Shown here one piece after another: positions 19,413 to 29,122 of a DNA stretch of 64,000 nt. This DNA is from an uncultured candidate division Zixibacteria bacterium. Lineage in GTDB: Bacteria; Zixibacteria; MSB-5A5; GN15; FEB-12. The notes below the pieces were generated by a model. It saw only the letters and a program-made list of their open reading frames with translations, was not told the DNA's origin and did not search any database. Position numbers and translations under genes: made by a program. The DNA is taken from the NCBI GenBank assembly GCA_963806185.1, contig CAWDXE010000001.1, forward strand, positions 672,001 through 736,000. Reading direction: 5' to 3'. Position 1 is the stretch's first letter. Every line of letters starts with the position of its first letter.

Positions 19413-20351
19413 GTGAGACAGTCTTCGTGGCATACGGCATATCTAGCCTCTTATCTTCTGGTCGCCCTGGCCGTTAGTGGAATGGCCCAAACTGATAAAC
19501 GCGACATACTCAACGTGCCCTTTACACAGGAAAGGCATCGCGTCATCATTCCGACATCGGTGAACGGTTCGCGGCCACTCAAGCTGATACTCGATACTGG
19601 TATGAAATTTGACGGCGTATACCTGTTTCATCGAGAGGCGATAAACCTCATCGATACTACCGGAGCTATCGAAGTTCGGGTTGGCGGTGCCGGAAGTGGT
19701 GAAGCCTCCAAAGCGACCATGATCGAGACCGGTCGCCTGGTCTTTGGCGATGTCTCTCTTTCCAACCAGCGTATAGTGATCTCGCACAGCGATCAGACTC
19801 AGACCTTTTCAACCGATGGCGTGATCGGGTGGAATCTGTTTGGTCACTACATTGTCGAGATCGATTATGATCAGGAGCTGATTTTCCTGCACGACACAGC
19901 GCAAGTGCTGTCAGATTCGAATTGGCAGGTCATTTCGATTGACCTGAAGAAGGACCTTCCGTTTCTCCCGGTGACGGTTGAGGTCACGGCGGGCGAGGTA
20001 GTCCCGATGAGCGTGTACATTGACCTGGCGTCCGAAGAAGCTCTCGAGTTGCTCGTTCACGGAAAACAGAAATTCACGATGCCCGATAGCCTCACCGAGA
20101 GTCATCTCGGAGTGGGCTTGAGTGGTGACATATACGGCCAATATGGAAAGACATTACGGGTGAGCATCGGCAAGTACGAGCTGAGCGGCGTGCGCACAGC
20201 TTTCGCCCCCGCCCAAACAAGATCGAAGCAGGAAGGCGCCGATGGTATTCTTGGAAACAACTTCATACGGCGCTTCAATGTCATCTTTGACTACCCCCAT
20301 AAACGCCTGTATCTAAGGCCCAACAAGGCATTTAGCTCGCCGTTTGACTGA
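19413..20351 (+). CDS. Secreted retropepsin-like aspartyl protease (two-lobed)
   Basis: LILDTGM, DGVIG, second lobe IDLAS...DGILG, FDY. GTG at 19413 follows AAGGAG. Confidence 0.8.
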   Translation: MRQSSWHTAYLASYLLVALAVSGMAQTDKRDILNVPFTQERHRVIIPTSVNGSRPLKLILDTGMKFDGVYLFHREAINLIDTTGAIEVRVGGAGSGEASKATMIETGRLVFGDVSLSNQRIVISHSDQTQTFSTDGVIGWNLFGHYIVEIDYDQELIFLHDTAQVLSDSNWQVISIDLKKDLPFLPVTVEVTAGEVVPMSVYIDLASEEALELLVHGKQKFTMPDSLTESHLGVGLSGDIYGQYGKTLRVSIGKYELSGVRTAFAPAQTRSKQEGADGILGNNFIRRFNVIFDYPHKRLYLRPNKAFSSPFD

Positions 20352-20515
20352 ACATTGTACCGGAAAGAAGCCCATGAAAAGCTGTGCAGAGAGAGCTGCC
20401 CTGATGGGGCAAGTTGGCCGGCACGAGTCATTGCAGCGACTCATCCGGTGAGCCCATTCCTGCCCGCGCTCCTGCTGAACGCAATCTACGAGTAACAGGG
20501 TCCAGTCCCTGTACG

Positions 20516-20989
20516 TCACCCTTTCTTGTTCAATGGCAACGTGAACTTCGCGGCCTTATACCATCCGCGCGCCACTGACGGCACTAGTTTGAATACGGTG
20601 TGATCCGGTGAATCGTAGCCGCCCTGATAATACTGCTCCCATCCCTTCTGCCAGATCGCCTTCTTAATCTTCAAATCCTTGACAATTTGTATCCGTCCGC
20701 CAAGCATGAGACCGTGAAACTTCTTCGAGTCGCAGTAATAGACGGAGACGTATGGATGCTTCATCACGTGTTTTACCTTGTCCGAAGACGTATTGGTAGT
20801 GAAATAGGCGACCAGTTCCCCCTTTTGCGCCGCAAAGAACTTGACCAGGGACGGGTAGTCCCTGCGATTTCTCAAATTGAGCATTGCCCGGGTGAAGGGA
20901 ATGCCATGTCCGCTCACGGTCGTGAAGTAGACTGATGCCGAGGTCTGCAACAGACGTCGGCTTGATTCAAGGAGTTGTTTCCGGTTCAT
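20516..20989 (-). CDS. Pyridoxamine 5'-phosphate oxidase-like FMN-binding protein (general stress protein 26-like)
   Basis: PFTRAM, YFTTNTSSDKV, VSVYYC, KKAIW...YY.GG.DSPD. Confidence 0.82.
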   Translation of the reverse strand: MNRKQLLESSRRLLQTSASVYFTTVSGHGIPFTRAMLNLRNRRDYPSLVKFFAAQKGELVAYFTTNTSSDKVKHVMKHPYVSVYYCDSKKFHGLMLGGRIQIVKDLKIKKAIWQKGWEQYYQGGYDSPDHTVFKLVPSVARGWYKAAKFTLPLNKKG

Positions 20990-21359
20990 AAAGGCTCCGC
21001 ATCTTATTGGTGATTCCTAAATCCGATACCCAATCGCGGCCGTAATGTCAATCAGAATAATGGTGTCGGGAGTCCGGTTTTCCGCAGAGCCGATGATTGC
21101 CATGTTCTCCTTCGGTCCGGAAACGACCAAGAGCGCCAAATCTCGCCTCTGTGCCAGGGTCAGAGTGATCACTCTTCCCGAGATGACTCCGAAAACTCAG
21201 AGTTGACTTGCCACGGGAATTTGTTCATTCTGCTAAATGATTATGCGAAACTCGGATGCGTGCTTTCTCGCATTGTACAGGCTTGCGACTATGGATCTCG
21301 CGTCGAGGAACGGAAGCTATGCCGACGGGTCCAGCCTGTAGGTTGTTGCAGGTAATATT

Positions 21360-24300
21360 ATGTCGTCTACTCGATCAAAACTCTTGTTGGTTCTTCGAAG
21401 CTACAGCCAGTTCGGATTCCAGATATCCCGAAAATCATGGGACTGGCTGGAACTTCCGGAACTCATGAGTTCGCCTCCCGGTGAAACACCTGCAGCAGAG
21501 ATCTACCAGTTGCGTCGGTTGGCCGATCGAGTCAACGAGAAACGTTCCCAGGGCGCTCAATCACCTGACCTGATTCACGGGGGCGAGTTGGCTTCCGTAA
21601 GCTTCATTGTCGATGCGTTTCGCTACGTCATGGAAGTATATAGCCAGAACGAACAACCCGGCGTGATACACCGGGGGCTTGACGCGACCGCTCAACAGCT
21701 TGGCCCGGTGACGGTGACCGAACCTCCCCCTTCGTTCGTCAGGCTCTTTCCTCCGATTCCGGTGCTTCAGGGCAGTCAGACCGTCGCGGAATACGTGAAC
21801 GGCGCCATGAGTGCCTCGCTGTCCTTCGACCGAATCGTGCGTGAGATAATCCTCTTGTCTCTCTCCACGTCAGACCCGGCTTTCCGGCCGTTTCAGGTCC
21901 TGTTCGATGACCGCGACCTCAAGGGCGAGGCGCCGTATGTTCCATTGGTGAAGGGGTTGGAACAGTTTTTCGCCCAGCAGTCGCCGTTCGCACCGGTCGG
22001 CCTCACGCTTTTTGATTGCCTGTATGCACCCATACGCGCCTACCCCACCTCCTTGCGAGACCAGGTCAATTACATCCGCACTCACTGGGCCCATTTTCTC
22101 CCGGAGGAGCTCCTGGCAAGAGCGCAGCTGGCGCTCGATGTCCTGGAGGAGGAGCAGACCCTTCGCGGCCATGGCCCCGGCTTAAGCGAACCACTCCGGT
22201 TTGACAGTGATATTCACCGGAAGTACCTCGGCTATTCTGAAACGGCCGCCTTCAGCCAGGATGCAGACTGGATGTCCAACACCATCCTGATTGCCAAGAC
22301 GGTCTATGTGTGGCTGTATCAGCTCTCGCGCAAGTATCAGCGTGATATTCATCTGTTGAGCGATATCCCCGACGAGGAGCTCGACCGTCTTTCGGCCTGG
22401 GGGATTACCGGACTGTGGCTAATCGGTATCTGGGAACGATCGTCGGCGTCGCGCCACATAAAGCAGATCATGGGCAATCCTGAGGCGGCATCGTCAGCGT
22501 ACTCGCTATATGATTATGTCATAGCCTACGATTTGGGCGGCGAAGAGGCTTTTCAACAGCTTAAGCATCGTGCCTGGCAGCGTGGCATCCGGCTGGCCAG
22601 TGATATGGTCCCCAATCACATGGGGATTTACTCAAAGTGGATGATCGAGCATCCCCAGTGGTTCATGCAGAGCGACTACCCGCCCTTCCCGGCATATCAA
22701 TTTACCGGCGTCGATCTATCCGAAGATCAACGAGTCTGCATTCAAATTGAGGACGGCTATTGGCAGCATCGCGACGCTGCGGTAGTTTTCAAGCGAATTG
22801 ATCGATGGACAGGTGATACGAGGTATATCTATCACGGCAATGACGGCACCAGTATGCCGTGGAATGACACCGCGCAGTTGAATTTCCTGTTGCCCGATGT
22901 GCGCGAGGCGGTCATCCAGATGATTCTCCACGTAGCTCGCAAATTCCCGATCATCCGTTTTGACGCCGCCATGACGCTGGCGAAAAAGCATTTCCAGCGA
23001 CTGTGGTTTCCTCAGCCGGGCGACGGCGGGGCTATCCCCTCCCGTGCCGGGCTCGGCATGACCAGGGAGGATTTCGACCTTGTCATGCCCAAGGAGTTCT
23101 GGCGGGAAGTGGTTGATCGAATGGCTCATGAACTGCCGGACACGCTTCTTCTGGCCGAGGCCTTCTGGCTGATGGAAGGGTACTTTGTCCGGACGCTGGG
23201 TATGCACCGGGTCTACAACAGCGCTTTCATGAACATGCTCCAGACGGAAGACAACGCCAACTATCGCATGACGATCAAGAATGTGCTGGAATTCAGCCCC
23301 GAAGTACTCAAGCGCCTCGTCAATTTCATGAACAACCCCGACGAGCGCACGGCGGTGGATCAATTCGGCCGGGATGACAAGTACTATGGTGTAGCCGTCA
23401 TGATGGTCACCATGCCCGGGCTGCCTATGTTCGGTCACGGTCAGATTGAGGGGCTGGCCGAAAAGTACGGCATGGAGTATCGACGCGCGTATTGGGATGA
23501 ACCTGTTGACGAGGCTATGGTGCATCGTCACGAGACTGAGATATTCCCGCTCATGCGACGGCGTCACATCTTCAGTGGAGCCACCAATTTTGCTCTCTTC
23601 GACTTCATTACACCGGGCGGTTGGGTTGATGAAAACGTTTTTGCGTATTCCAACCGGGTTGGCTCAGAGCGCGCCATTATCATATACAACAATGCGTATA
23701 CTACTACCCGCGGCGCTATTCACCGGTCTACCGCCATCAATATTGGCGATGGCGCTCAAACGACGCTGGTCCGTCGCACATTGGCTGAAGCGCTTGATCT
23801 CAACACCGGTGACAATTCGATCTACGCGTTTCGGGATTATCGGACCGGGTTGGAGTACATCCGCTCGGGTCGCCAACTGTCCGAACAGGGGCTGTTTGCG
23901 GAGTTGCACGCCTATCAGTATCACGCGTTCCTGGACTTTCGACATCTTGATGACTCGAACGGCAGTTGGCGTGAGCTGGAGCGACGCCTCGGTGGCGCCG
24001 GCGTCTCCAATCTCGAGGATGTCTACCGCGAGTTGCAGGTCGAGCCGATTCTCGGACCCTACCGGGAACTCATGAATGCGGCGGTAGTACGTGAGCTTCT
24101 GACCGACCGTTCCAAGGTACCCGACCAGGTTGGGACGGCCATCAGGATTTTTTTCGAATCGGTCGGGCGAGCCACAAACTCTCCTGCTCAGGTCGAACCA
24201 CTGGTTCAGAGGTTTATGACACGCTTGAAGATCAAGGAGTCGAGCCGGCCTGCCCCCGTCACGAAAGTGAAATCACGCAAACCGAAGGTCGAGGACTCGC

Positions 24301-24839
24301 GCGGGGAACGGCTGGCGGCATCGGAACTTGCGCATGTCGCTTTCGCCTGGCTAACCCTTGAGCCGCTCGGAGAATTCCGCGCCGATCAACGTTCTGCGCC
24401 ACCGCCCGGACTTGCCGCGGCCCGGGTCGACCAATGGCTGCTACTGAGACCGATCAAGGCGGCCTTTGAAGAGTGGCTGTCGGACGGTGACACGGCTTAC
24501 TGGGATTCGCGCCTGGTGCTATTACTGCTATCGCATCCTGACTTGCTCACCCCTGGAGGGAGCCGCGCTATCGGTGAGTCCTTCAGGCAAGCCCTTCTCG
24601 ACACTGCAGTTCGCGACTACTTACAGGTTAACACGTATGAAAATGTGCTCTGGCTGAATAAGGACCGGCTGGAGCGGCTGACAGCGGCCCTGTACATGAC
24701 GACTCAGCTCGATACCAAGTCCGGACTCCCATCTTCGAAGACAACTGCCGCGGGGGCCAGGAAGAATGCCCAACGGCTGCTTGCTGCAGCAGACACTGCC
24801 GGCTACAGGGTTGAGACAATGATCGAACTTCTGGGTTGA
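21360..24839 (+). CDS. Large cytoplasmic alpha-amylase family (GH13) glycoside hydrolase
   Basis: SDMVPNH (region I), IRFDAAMT (nucleophile), LAEAFW (acid/base), NNPDE (region IV). No signal peptide. Confidence 0.88.
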   Translation: MSSTRSKLLLVLRSYSQFGFQISRKSWDWLELPELMSSPPGETPAAEIYQLRRLADRVNEKRSQGAQSPDLIHGGELASVSFIVDAFRYVMEVYSQNEQPGVIHRGLDATAQQLGPVTVTEPPPSFVRLFPPIPVLQGSQTVAEYVNGAMSASLSFDRIVREIILLSLSTSDPAFRPFQVLFDDRDLKGEAPYVPLVKGLEQFFAQQSPFAPVGLTLFDCLYAPIRAYPTSLRDQVNYIRTHWAHFLPEELLARAQLALDVLEEEQTLRGHGPGLSEPLRFDSDIHRKYLGYSETAAFSQDADWMSNTILIAKTVYVWLYQLSRKYQRDIHLLSDIPDEELDRLSAWGITGLWLIGIWERSSASRHIKQIMGNPEAASSAYSLYDYVIAYDLGGEEAFQQLKHRAWQRGIRLASDMVPNHMGIYSKWMIEHPQWFMQSDYPPFPAYQFTGVDLSEDQRVCIQIEDGYWQHRDAAVVFKRIDRWTGDTRYIYHGNDGTSMPWNDTAQLNFLLPDVREAVIQMILHVARKFPIIRFDAAMTLAKKHFQRLWFPQPGDGGAIPSRAGLGMTREDFDLVMPKEFWREVVDRMAHELPDTLLLAEAFWLMEGYFVRTLGMHRVYNSAFMNMLQTEDNANYRMTIKNVLEFSPEVLKRLVNFMNNPDERTAVDQFGRDDKYYGVAVMMVTMPGLPMFGHGQIEGLAEKYGMEYRRAYWDEPVDEAMVHRHETEIFPLMRRRHIFSGATNFALFDFITPGGWVDENVFAYSNRVGSERAIIIYNNAYTTTRGAIHRSTAINIGDGAQTTLVRRTLAEALDLNTGDNSIYAFRDYRTGLEYIRSGRQLSEQGLFAELHAYQYHAFLDFRHLDDSNGSWRELERRLGGAGVSNLEDVYRELQVEPILGPYRELMNAAVVRELLTDRSKVPDQVGTAIRIFFESVGRATNSPAQVEPLVQRFMTRLKIKESSRPAPVTKVKSRKPKVEDSRGERLAASELAHVAFAWLTLEPLGEFRADQRSAPPPGLAAARVDQWLLLRPIKAAFEEWLSDGDTAYWDSRLVLLLLSHPDLLTPGGSRAIGESFRQALLDTAVRDYLQVNTYENVLWLNKDRLERLTAALYMTTQLDTKSGLPSSKTTAAGARKNAQRLLAAADTAGYRVETMIELLG

Positions 24840-24842
24840 AGC

Positions 24843-25169
24843 ATGAATTACACGGACTATGAACAGCGCTGTAAAGAGTTCACCGCTGCCGAGTGGCAGG
24901 CGCTGGAGGTACACCGGTACTACCTGTCGGAGCGGGCGGGACATGATGTCGGCATAGTCGCGACAGTCGAAGACTGGCTGCTTCACTATTCGGCTGACTG
25001 GCGCAAAGGAAGATTGCAGAAGGATCTCGACGACCAGGCCAAAGAGATTATGAAGCACAAGTGGATCGAATCCGAGAAGGCGGGAATTGACCTGGGGGAC
25101 TCGGCCGTTCTTGATTGGGTGCGAAAACACGCCTGCGAATGGCGGTGCTGGCGTGACCAGAGCCGGTAG
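24843..25169 (+). CDS. Small protein with two DUF4032-like repeats
   Basis: HRYYLSERAGHDVG...DW...W / HKWIESEKAGIDLG...DW...W. Starts 3 nt after the GH13 stop. Confidence 0.7.
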   Translation: MNYTDYEQRCKEFTAAEWQALEVHRYYLSERAGHDVGIVATVEDWLLHYSADWRKGRLQKDLDDQAKEIMKHKWIESEKAGIDLGDSAVLDWVRKHACEWRCWRDQSR

Positions 25170-25562
25170 GCGATTGGCTTGACCGGGCACCCGCCCGGCT
25201 GATACATTTTGATACAATCCTCTTCTTCCATTAGGGCAGCATCGCCCTTATCCATATTCTCATTAGTTCACGTTAAGAGACTAGCACACTGTCTGGCGCA
25301 TGAAGTCAAATCCGCGATCCTATCCGATGCTGTTTCTATGGCCGTCCATGAGAATTGCCATGGCAGTGCGCGTGTCGTTTCCGAATTAGGTAATTGACCG
25401 ATTATCATCCAGGGCAATTGCGGCGCTTCTGGGTGTTCGGGATGGCCGCATAGCCTCAACTATTGAATCAAGGGAGGAATCTCAATGGCAGAGTTTTGAT
25501 GCGTTTTGGTTATCCGTGTAACACAACCCTCACAGTGTTCATGAAAGGAAGAAGGTAGGTCA

Positions 25563-28166
25563 ATGAGAGTAATAACTACATTACTATTGGTTGTTGTATT
25601 AGTCAACTTCGCCTTCGCCGCCGAGGACTTCAAAATCGGACAGACGTGTTCCTCTCCGACGACCGACGAATACGCCCCGGGCGAAATCATTGTGAAGTTC
25701 CATGACGGCGTAACCCGCTCGGAAGTCAGCGCCGTACTGGCCGATCTCGGCACCTCTCTCATTTCAACCAACACTCAGATTGGGATCAATCTACTGGCCA
25801 TCCCGGCCGACAAGACGGTCGAAGAAATGGTTGCGGCTTACAGGAGCCGTCCGGACGTCGAGTACGCCGAACCGAACTATATTGCCCATGCGTTCATGAC
25901 CCCGAACGATCCTTACTACACGTATCAGTGGCATATGCCTTTGATCAACATGCCGGCCGCCTGGGATCAGTCGACCGGTTCGGGTGTGGTCGTAGCAGTG
26001 ATTGACTGCGGCGTCGCCTACGAGACTTATGGCGCGTACACGCAGGCCCCTGATCTGGCCGGCACCACGTTTGTCCAGGGGTACGATTACGTAAATAACG
26101 ACACCCACCCGAATGACGACTGCGCCCACGGGACACACGTAGCGGGCACGATCGCTCAGACGACCAACAACAGCCTTGGGGTGACCGGCGTTGCGTTCAA
26201 CTGCAGTATCATGCCGGTGAAGGTCCTCGATGCGTCGGGAAATGGCACCTATACCGCCATCGTTAACGGCATCACCTATGCGGCCGATCATGGAGCCAAG
26301 GTGATCAATATGAGTCTTGGCGGCTCGTCCGGCTCTACTGCCCTGCAAAACGCCGTAATTTATGCCTACAATCTCGGCGTCACGATCGTTTGCGCCGCCG
26401 GAAATACAGGGACATCGGTCCCGCAGTATCCCGCGTCGTACACTCAGTGCATCTCCGTCTCCGCAGTCCGCTATGACAAGACGTATACTTCGTACACGTC
26501 ATATGGCTCCAACATCGACATCTGCGCCCCAGGCGGCGACGTGACCATCGATCAGAACGGTGATGGCTATGTCGACGGCGTGCTACAGCAGACACACGAC
26601 GGAACCAATTATGGAACCTTTGGCTACTACTTCTACGAAGGCACGTCGATGGCCTGTCCGCACGTGGCCGGCGTGGCCGCTCTGTTGATTGCCAAGAACG
26701 GCGGCACTATGACCCCCGCCGCTGTGCGTGCTGCCCTGCAGAACACCGCTCAGGACCTCGGCGCCACCGGCTGGGATCAGTATTACGGCTACGGTTTCCT
26801 TAACGCCAACGCCGCCCTGCTGTCGATTTCGACCAACAATCCACCGGTCGCTGCCTTCTCCGGCACGCCGACTTCTGGCACCTATCCGTTGGCGGTCACC
26901 TTCACCGACGCCTCGACCTACACTCCGACCAGTTGGGCATGGGACTTCGGCGACGGCGGTACCTCAACTGCCCAGAATCCCTCGCATACCTACACTGCGG
27001 CGGGTACATATACGGTCGTCCTTACGGCCACCAATGCCTATGGTTCCGACAGCGAGACCAAGGCCGGCTACATCACCGTGACGGCTCCGAATACGAATCC
27101 ACCGGTGGCCGCCTTCTCGGGCACGCCGACCTCGGGCAACGTGCCGCTGGCGGTGACCTTCACCGATGCCTCGACCAACACTCCGACGAGTTGGGCTTGG
27201 GACTTCGGTGATGGCGGCACTTCAACCGCCCAGAATCCCTCGCACACCTATACGGTGGCAGGAACTTACACCGTCACCTTGACGGCTACCAATGCCTACG
27301 GTTCTGATGGCGAGACCAAAACCGGCTACATCACGGCGTCCGCGGTGACCTCGCAGTGTGACGATTTCGCTGACGGCAATTACACTGGCTGGATCAACGC
27401 ATCCGGCACCTGGTCAGCGGCGAACTATTATCTGAAGGGTAACTCGACCACGACCACGGCCAGGTTGATATCACCCTTCGGCACGTTCTCGACCAATACG
27501 ATCACGTGCAATGTGCGGATGAACACCGGGCGGACAAACCGCAAGGCACGTATCATTTTTGGCTACACCAGCAGCACCAATTATCGCTATGCAGAATTTG
27601 ACGATGTCAACAATCGCGTCTACATCGGTGAGATTCTGAACGGCACCACATATACTCGAGCAAACGGAAGCTACACCTTCAGCTCGGCTACCTGGTACGC
27701 CGTCACGGTCAGCGTCGCGTCCAGTGGCACTGTTACCGCCAAGGTTGGCACCACCACGGTCGTATCCTACGCCTTCTCCGTTCGTACGGGGTCGGTTGGC
27801 GTCGGCTATAACCGATCCAACAGCGACTTCGATGACTACTGCGTGAGCGCGACAGCAAGCTGGGAGGATCAGGAGGCGCCGGTGGCCTCGTCGCTGACTC
27901 CAAGTACCTATGAGCTGGCGCAGAACTATCCGAACCCGTTTAACCCCGCCACAACCGTCAGTTTCACCCTGCCGGCGGCCGGTCAGGTTTCTCTCGAGGT
28001 CTACAACATTCTTGGTCAGCGCGTTGCTGTCCTCGCCGACGGCTACTTCGGTGCCGGCACCCATCAGGTAACCTGGGATGCTTCCAGTGTCTCCAGCGGT
28101 GTCTACCTGTATCGTCTGTCTGCCGGCGACTTCAATCAAACCCGCAAGATGCTCCTCGTGAAGTAG
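25563..28166 (+). CDS. S8 (subtilisin) serine peptidase with propeptide, two PKD domains and a T9SS type A-like C-terminal sorting domain
   Basis: Signal peptide; triad VIDCG / HGTHVAG / GTSMACPHVAG; WDFGDG twice; QNYPNPFNP...GVYLYRL...KMLLVK. Confidence 0.95.
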   Translation: MRVITTLLLVVVLVNFAFAAEDFKIGQTCSSPTTDEYAPGEIIVKFHDGVTRSEVSAVLADLGTSLISTNTQIGINLLAIPADKTVEEMVAAYRSRPDVEYAEPNYIAHAFMTPNDPYYTYQWHMPLINMPAAWDQSTGSGVVVAVIDCGVAYETYGAYTQAPDLAGTTFVQGYDYVNNDTHPNDDCAHGTHVAGTIAQTTNNSLGVTGVAFNCSIMPVKVLDASGNGTYTAIVNGITYAADHGAKVINMSLGGSSGSTALQNAVIYAYNLGVTIVCAAGNTGTSVPQYPASYTQCISVSAVRYDKTYTSYTSYGSNIDICAPGGDVTIDQNGDGYVDGVLQQTHDGTNYGTFGYYFYEGTSMACPHVAGVAALLIAKNGGTMTPAAVRAALQNTAQDLGATGWDQYYGYGFLNANAALLSISTNNPPVAAFSGTPTSGTYPLAVTFTDASTYTPTSWAWDFGDGGTSTAQNPSHTYTAAGTYTVVLTATNAYGSDSETKAGYITVTAPNTNPPVAAFSGTPTSGNVPLAVTFTDASTNTPTSWAWDFGDGGTSTAQNPSHTYTVAGTYTVTLTATNAYGSDGETKTGYITASAVTSQCDDFADGNYTGWINASGTWSAANYYLKGNSTTTTARLISPFGTFSTNTITCNVRMNTGRTNRKARIIFGYTSSTNYRYAEFDDVNNRVYIGEILNGTTYTRANGSYTFSSATWYAVTVSVASSGTVTAKVGTTTVVSYAFSVRTGSVGVGYNRSNSDFDDYCVSATASWEDQEAPVASSLTPSTYELAQNYPNPFNPATTVSFTLPAAGQVSLEVYNILGQRVAVLADGYFGAGTHQVTWDASSVSSGVYLYRLSAGDFNQTRKMLLVK
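26838..27338 (+). repeat. Tandem PKD-domain duplication (258-bp period)
   Basis: Highly similar copies at 26838-27080 and 27096-27338 (NPPVAAFSGTPTSG...GYIT). Confidence 0.9.
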
Positions 28167-28200
28167 TATCTCTCCGGGTTTCCGTTCGTCCAGTACGCAG

Positions 28201-28234
28201 CCGGGCGAGTCAGATGACTCGCCCGGTTCTTATT
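28201..28234 (+). terminator. Intrinsic terminator after the S8 peptidase gene
   Basis: Perfect stem CCGGGCGAGTC-AGAT-GACTCGCCCGG followed by TTCTTATT. Confidence 0.8.
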
Positions 28235-28340
28235 GCCTGAATTGGCCGGCTGTTGATATCGAGCGGCAAACATCTTATCTTGAAACTTAACTGTGCTGCA
28301 CATGTACGACGGCACACAACGCAGGGCTGGAGTTCCCACT

Positions 28341-29084
28341 ATGCTCAGGAAAATTATACTCGCTGTAATCGTTATCGTAGTTGCCGGGCTGGCCGTGGCA
28401 TATTTCGTTCGCAATATGCTGGTCGAGAAGGCAGTCGAAGCGGGCTCGACGTATGCTCTCGGAGTCCAATCCAACCTCGGTTCGGCATCTCTCGAAATCG
28501 GCGGCGGGAGCCTGGGAATGAAGAACCTCGCGATCAGAAATCCGGATGGGTTTACAGCGGAACACTTTCTGACCCTGCGGCGGGGTGTACTTGATGTCGA
28601 CGCCGGATCGGTGTTGGACAAAGAGGTCGTGGTAGATTCCTTCATTATCGCAGGTATCACGCTCAATCTTGAGCAGATCGACAAGAAGGGGAATTATCAG
28701 GTACTGCTGGACAATATCAAGCGCCTTGATATTTCTTCATCGGGAGAATCCCAGAAATTCCGTATCGGCCTGATCGCTCTGCGGGACATAAACGTCACCG
28801 GATCGCTGAGCCTGTTGGGGAAGAACGTGGAGAAGTCATTCACACTTGAGAATTTCTCGCTACGCAATGTCGGCAGTGACAACGGAGCTAAGATAAGCGA
28901 GGTGACCGCCCTGGTGGTGAAGACACTCATTACGAAAGCGCTCGCCGCCGGGGGCGGACTGCTTCCGGAGGGCTTTGGCAAAAATCTCGGTGACCTGAAA
29001 GACAAGGCCACGGAAGAGATCAAGACCGAGGCAACGGACAAGCTCAAGGACCTGGGCAAGTCGCTGACGGGGGGACCAGAATAG
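28341..29084 (+). CDS. AsmA/DUF748-like membrane-anchored protein
   Basis: N-terminal TM anchor; LAIRNPDGF, LNLEQ...NYQVLLDNI. ATG at 28341 follows GGAG. Confidence 0.7.
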   Translation: MLRKIILAVIVIVVAGLAVAYFVRNMLVEKAVEAGSTYALGVQSNLGSASLEIGGGSLGMKNLAIRNPDGFTAEHFLTLRRGVLDVDAGSVLDKEVVVDSFIIAGITLNLEQIDKKGNYQVLLDNIKRLDISSSGESQKFRIGLIALRDINVTGSLSLLGKNVEKSFTLENFSLRNVGSDNGAKISEVTALVVKTLITKALAAGGGLLPEGFGKNLGDLKDKATEEIKTEATDKLKDLGKSLTGGPE

Positions 29085-29122
29085 GACACGCCGATTCGTG
29101 AGTAAATCTGGATGAGAGTAAT

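Noticed and set aside
28256..28284. Third sigma28-like motif (TCAA-N16-CTCGATAT, minus strand)
   Set aside because: The -10 match is poor and it points antisense into the end of the S8 gene.
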